Shown piece after piece: positions 35,001-38,726 of a stretch of 38,726 bases of DNA. The stretch is from Nemertoderma westbladi (taxonomy: Eukaryota; Animalia; Xenacoelomorpha): contig JAUCBJ010007464.1 in the NCBI GenBank assembly GCA_032718475.1, positions 1 to 38,726 of the forward strand. The letters run 5' to 3'. Position numbers and translations under genes: made by a program. The stretch's first letter is position 1. Every line of letters begins with the position of its first letter. The notes below the pieces were generated by a model. It was not told the DNA's origin. It searched no databases and saw nothing but the letters and a program-made list of their open reading frames with translations.

Positions 35001-35917
35001 TAACCTATTTGGCGACTTATCTAGCGGGTGACCCGAGGAAACTCGTTAATCGTTTCCAGGGCCAGTTGAATGGGTTCAGGAAGGCCTGGAAGGCGATAGA
35101 GGATCGGTATGGCGATCCGGAACAGATCATTGATGACGCCATATTTCACCTCACTGATGGGGTGAGGGTTGAAACACCAGACGAGATGACCGAATACAGC
35201 GATCGAATAAATCAGCTGATTAATTCCATCGAGACGATGGGCGAGACCTACCATCTCAAGGCGGGCGGGCTGCTGAATCAAGTGGTTGATGTACTACCAC
35301 TACATCTGCGTCGCAGCTGGGCGCAGCAAGTGACAAAGATTACAGCTACGCAACATCGCCGAGCAACGCTAGGAGAATTTGCTGACTTCATGGAGTACAA
35401 GGCAGCGAGCGCTAATCAGCGCTGTTTAAAATACCCCAAGGATAAAGGGCGAAGTCGACAGGAACAAGGAGACCGTGGGAAAAGGGAATACCCCACGGGC
35501 CGTTTCAAATCCAATTGGAAGTCGAGCAATACCCAAAAATTCGCCTGTAACAACGTTGGGGACAACAACTACAGGGGTAGACTGTCGGAACCGGCGCATA
35601 ATCGAGCGACGGGCCGATCGCCTTCGCGGGAGAGCAGTCGGGGCGGGTCGACCCCACCAACTAACAATCGACAGGTCTGCTTCGAGGAATCTAAAAGCGG
35701 AAGCGCCCCACCCACAGCGAGCAGGGGAAGTGGGCAATGGGTAAAAGATGTCTTCCATATAGACATCGGGGAGTTCCCTTTCAATGAAGAAAGGTATTGC
35801 CAGTTCCATAGGGGAACGTCTCACAGAACGATTGAGTGCAGAAACTGGCAGAAGATGGACGCCGACACACACAAGGCGTATGCTAGGAAGCATCACCTGT
35901 GTTGGACTTGTGCCTGA
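32021..35917 (+). CDS. gag: BEL/Pao retrotransposon Gag
   Basis: 1298 aa; IQPGDSASQ motif, coiled coil, capsid/DUF1759-like FDGKHPEEYIQF..LTYL..YLAG..AWKAIEDRYG, knuckles CQFH....H....C and CWTCA*TGHSGRAC. Confidence 0.9.
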   Translation: MSDSLLSGSQPATAPGQVEPGVRPATGGAAMAAPATASSPFLDLSNPVSGRGSPVGPSSRESPPIPSTEESVGRPAGTTTPDETRTWIDELITATTQSLPTELPQRGEPPSPPAGPARFPEEHQRRERSRSPPSRPEPAIDDDKGSGVDPDREPSQLIPALPKHPARGRSRERGDRTNPMGRPNGTTNRRKLRSSSDPNRPPAQLDTGVIERAGRQFRLQRRRLETWATAGRPDIDLAAALEVVNDYLRILGEQGAEEEAKHWETDIGGILDDAFDKCLFNQQVRVGNIFIGIPSQPQNGWTGITLAGDGIDQDEIQPGDSASQPRGSNSNASDSIQNRVEYEEALFEMERLDREETLERELMNQKLECERVASETAQRASETAQRVIEAAQRANREADEAAQRANREADEAARRADREEIAREKLRADNKVRDEARLLAIRKLAMAQARGVKGGSTAGIGVGSRVSNNSVRSARASPGRRTSELSRPASVIGLHKGPAHPARKQPVGPGEARVTGSGEFGGVPVGVAAATIAPTVSTPPIVVVPTVVTTHTTTPTISTTPNIIPTVIRGTSFYGGPGIFTGPPPPGATRKGGPGIFTGPPPPGAARITAIQELPPAAMKPPQVAPAVVVVDTDEVNEPRGTAMYYPTQNRGGLPAEEATQGEREGQLQVGQGEPAVGFRVTQGEVDTASTHTQSHASREADHQGLRVLTSLKLLQDNTGKLIIAEQGEQGSSPTANSRGLRVGAPEFAPAVDNTASRGRVNRQSGTVGFAPRTAPTISETAARAGDLQTDRGDGRESASERPDATAHRGRPESRYLAELCRKGGSPSPPPPRTTMRSFGNSEWPQQNSIYESTTHPDPPPSGRRMGESPAREQYPDYPRPGSRLGEPGFELPPLAYPNPTNGVGRYIDPFGPSEEPTSTRADSSPRVYNDTNSTHDNEAVSTAKMLHIIREQNELPKSLAFKFDGKHPEEYIQFRALFSNEILTKEMSDTRRLTYLATYLAGDPRKLVNRFQGQLNGFRKAWKAIEDRYGDPEQIIDDAIFHLTDGVRVETPDEMTEYSDRINQLINSIETMGETYHLKAGGLLNQVVDVLPLHLRRSWAQQVTKITATQHRRATLGEFADFMEYKAASANQRCLKYPKDKGRSRQEQGDRGKREYPTGRFKSNWKSSNTQKFACNNVGDNNYRGRLSEPAHNRATGRSPSRESSRGGSTPPTNNRQVCFEESKSGSAPPTASRGSGQWVKDVFHIDIGEFPFNEERYCQFHRGTSHRTIECRNWQKMDADTHKAYARKHHLCWTCA

Positions 35918-38726
35918 ACAGGGCACTCTGGGCGGGCATGCCCATACGATAGTAAGAACACAGAGGGGGACGGTAAGTCCACCGAGCAGCAGGCGCATAA
36001 ACATGCGGATAGTAGGACAGCGGGGGAGAGGGTGGCCGATAAGCAGGTGGCCTTCCCTGTCTTCCCCATGAGACGGAGGTTGCGGAAACCACCGAAGATT
36101 AAACCCTATGTGTACCTGAGGATTGTTGCATTAGCGGTATGTGATAACCGCGGCCAGCAGGTAACCACTTTGGGGCTCTTAGACGGAGGTTCAGCGATAA
36201 CGATGATGGACAGAGTGGTTGCAGACCGCCTTCAAGTTAAACGAAGGAAGGCATTTATGCAACTTTGTACCATCGCCAACCCGGACAGAGACGTAGAGTA
36301 CGACTTGATTCTATGTCGATTCAAATCTATTGTGACATATTCCCAATATAAGTCGGACCTTGTTGAAGCTCGGGTTCTACCCGAGCTCAACGTACCGGCA
36401 GACCGGCCCTCGGCCGATGAAATTCAACAATACACACACGCCCGAGGACTGAACTTTAACATACCCAATGACCTGGATGTACCCTATGTATCAGTACTCA
36501 TTGGTATAGATTGCCCAGGTTCTCACCGGCTACTGCAGCCTTCCATCGAAGGACCAGACCCCGAAAGGGACCCCCAGGTCATGCTAACCCCATATGGTTG
36601 GTGTATGACGGGACCTGTAAAGGACATTGATGAGCAGCCCGACAGACACAGTGCAGGGCTGGCTAGACCAGTCTTCACCGTGGCCGGGAAAGGGCACCCC
36701 ACCGAGTCTTCGGAACTCACATTGGAGGAGGTCCGAGAACGAGAGGAAGAAACCAGGCGCGACCTAGAAAGGCTCTATGACATAGATACCGAGGGCTTAT
36801 ATAACCCAGCCGTGGGCGCCTCACAGGCGGACAAGATATCGACCGATGTATTGAACAGGGAGATGATCTTGAGCGGCGGGCATTACTCAGCTCCAATGCT
36901 CTGGAAAGATCGAGCAGTACCCTTGGTTAACAATAGAACCATGGCGGAGATGAGACTCAACCGACTCAAACGGTCATTGACTAAACACCCTGACAAACAC
37001 GAATTTGTTGAGAAACAGATTCAGAAGTATATAGACAAAGGGTGGGCCCGTAAACTCACGGCGGGGGCACCCGAGTCTCCTCGAACTTACTATCTGCCCC
37101 TACACGTTACCAAAGGGGCATCCAAGCTGCGACTGGTCAATGACGCAGCGGCGAAATACTTGGGTAAATCGCTTAATGACTACTTATTAGAGGGACCCAA
37201 TGTTTTCAATAGCGGGGTTGACATCCTGCTAAGGTTCCGCATGGGCCTCTACGCCTTCACATGTGACGTAGAGGCCATGTTTCACCAGGTCTTCGTTTAT
37301 GAAGACGACGCGGACAGCCAGCGTTTCCTGTGGTATAGTGGGGATCAGCCGGGCACAGCGCCGGAGGTGTACCAGATGTTGGTACATATCTTTGGGGCTA
37401 AGTGTTCTCCGTGTGTGGCCACCACAGCACTACGACGCACTACCGCGAGTGAGTCGGTGGCTCCGCCAGTGAGAGACTTTATAACAAACGATTTTTATGT
37501 TGACGATGGGATGAAGTCGGGTAACTCCGAAGCCGACCTCATCCAGCTGGCCATCACGGCCCGCGACTGCCTTTCCACGGGCGGTTTCAACCTTACCAAG
37601 TTCCGCTCCAACTCGCCCAAGTTCATGTATGCGATGGACAAGGAAGAGGGAAAGGTATCAGACCCGAGCGCCGACGATGACAATGGCGACCTCCTGGGGG
37701 GAGATATGGGGCAGCCGGCCTCATACATCCCACCAGACTGTGCCAACCCGGAGACCACCTCGGCACTGGTAACATCAGACCCGAGTAAGCCAGACTCTCG
37801 GGTACTGGGCATCTCCTGGGAGAAAGCCTCAGACGTACTAGAATACAAGTTTAAGGCTCCTCTTCAGGTGATACATACGAGGAGGGCCTACTTGTCTTTC
37901 ATTTCACGGATATATGACCCACTGGGCCTCGTGGCACCAAACATACTTGTAGGAAAACAGATCCTGAGGGAGGTGACTTTAGACAATGGAGCGTGGGATG
38001 CTCCGGTGTCTGCCAGGATGGCCGACAGGTGGAACGCCTGGTTAATGAGCCTGGAACAAATATCCCGTCTCATTATCCCACGGCCTTACTTTCCAAACGG
38101 GGACATGGCAGCTGTAGAGCTACATGTGTTCGCGGACGCCTCCAGCGTGGGGTATGGGGCAGTTGCCTACTTGCATCAGCAGTCAGCCAAATACCGCCCA
38201 CGTCTGGTCTATAGCAAAGCAAGGGTAGCACCCAAAGCACAGGCCACCATACCGCGCCTAGAACTAATGGCGTCGGTACTGGCCGTGCAGATGGCCCAGG
38301 TCATTATAAGGGCCCTGGGGTGCATCGTACTAGTGAGATATTGGATTGATGCCACCACGGTGGTGTTATACATCAGCCACCCGAGTAGGCGATTCAAAGT
38401 ATTCGTCGCCAACCGGGTGGACTATATCCGCACCCTAACAGAGGTTAGTGACTGGGGTTACTGTCCCACTGACCAGAACCCAGCTGACCTTGTATCGAGG
38501 GGGAGCCTAGAGGTCCCCTTCGAACATAAAGAAGACCTGTGGCAGCACGGGCCGGCTTTCCTACCCAACAGGAAGGACTGGCCTTTGTTCCCAGAGGCCA
38601 ACGCATCGGAGCTTCTGAAAGCGGATCCGGAGGTCCGGGTGTGCTCCATGGTGACCACACCGGCGGTTAGAGACCCCCGGATCGATAGGATCATAGACAA
38701 GTCCTCAACGTGGAGGAGGACGATCA
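35918..38726 (+). CDS. pol: BEL/Pao Pol (protease, RT, RNase H), same frame as gag, runs off the window
   Basis: Hand translation shows no stop: LLDGGS (D at 36182), YYLPLH, KLRLVNDAA, SLNDYLLEGP, DVEAMFHQV, QRFLW, FGAKCSP, FYVDD (37493-37507), VLGISW, YDPLG, LHVFADAS, SKARVAP, TIPRLEL, FVANRV, NPADLVSRG. Confidence 0.95.

Noticed and set aside
35915-35917. Selenocysteine or alternative genetic code
   Set aside because: The TGA is at a spacer position rather than a Cys position, no SECIS is evident, and no other in-frame TGA occurs in the long ORFs.
32047-38700. Antisense and alternate-frame ORFs over gag-pol
   Set aside because: Expected shadows of GC-rich coding sequence; no motifs.

Overview
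AT-rich animal (probably invertebrate) nuclear DNA, mostly transposon-derived, with two host genes in divergent orientation. The first, absent from the ORF track, is the first three coding exons of a cAMP-dependent protein kinase catalytic subunit (PKA-C) on the minus strand (5373-5325, 2222-2161, 1912-1784; the rest is presumably left of the window). The second is an intronless 500-aa SLC22-family MFS transporter (28455-29957, +). Between them lie four Mutator-type non-autonomous elements with exact 9-bp target-site duplications (TSDs), hAT-type MITEs, a 5-bp-TSD element and an Academ-like MITE. There is also a tRNA-derived SINE, decayed RTE LINE copies, and an RTE-X-like LINE whose RT coding sequence has been amplified internally into a 30-copy 56-bp satellite. 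Several elements are nested 4-5 deep. The window ends in a near-intact BEL/Pao LTR retrotransposon whose gag-pol frame is broken by a single TGA inside a zinc knuckle. Non-coding DNA carries many TA-(GGCC/CAG/CCGG)-TA micro-insertions that look like transposon excision footprints, plus templated repair scars. All calls are by eye; no searches were run.
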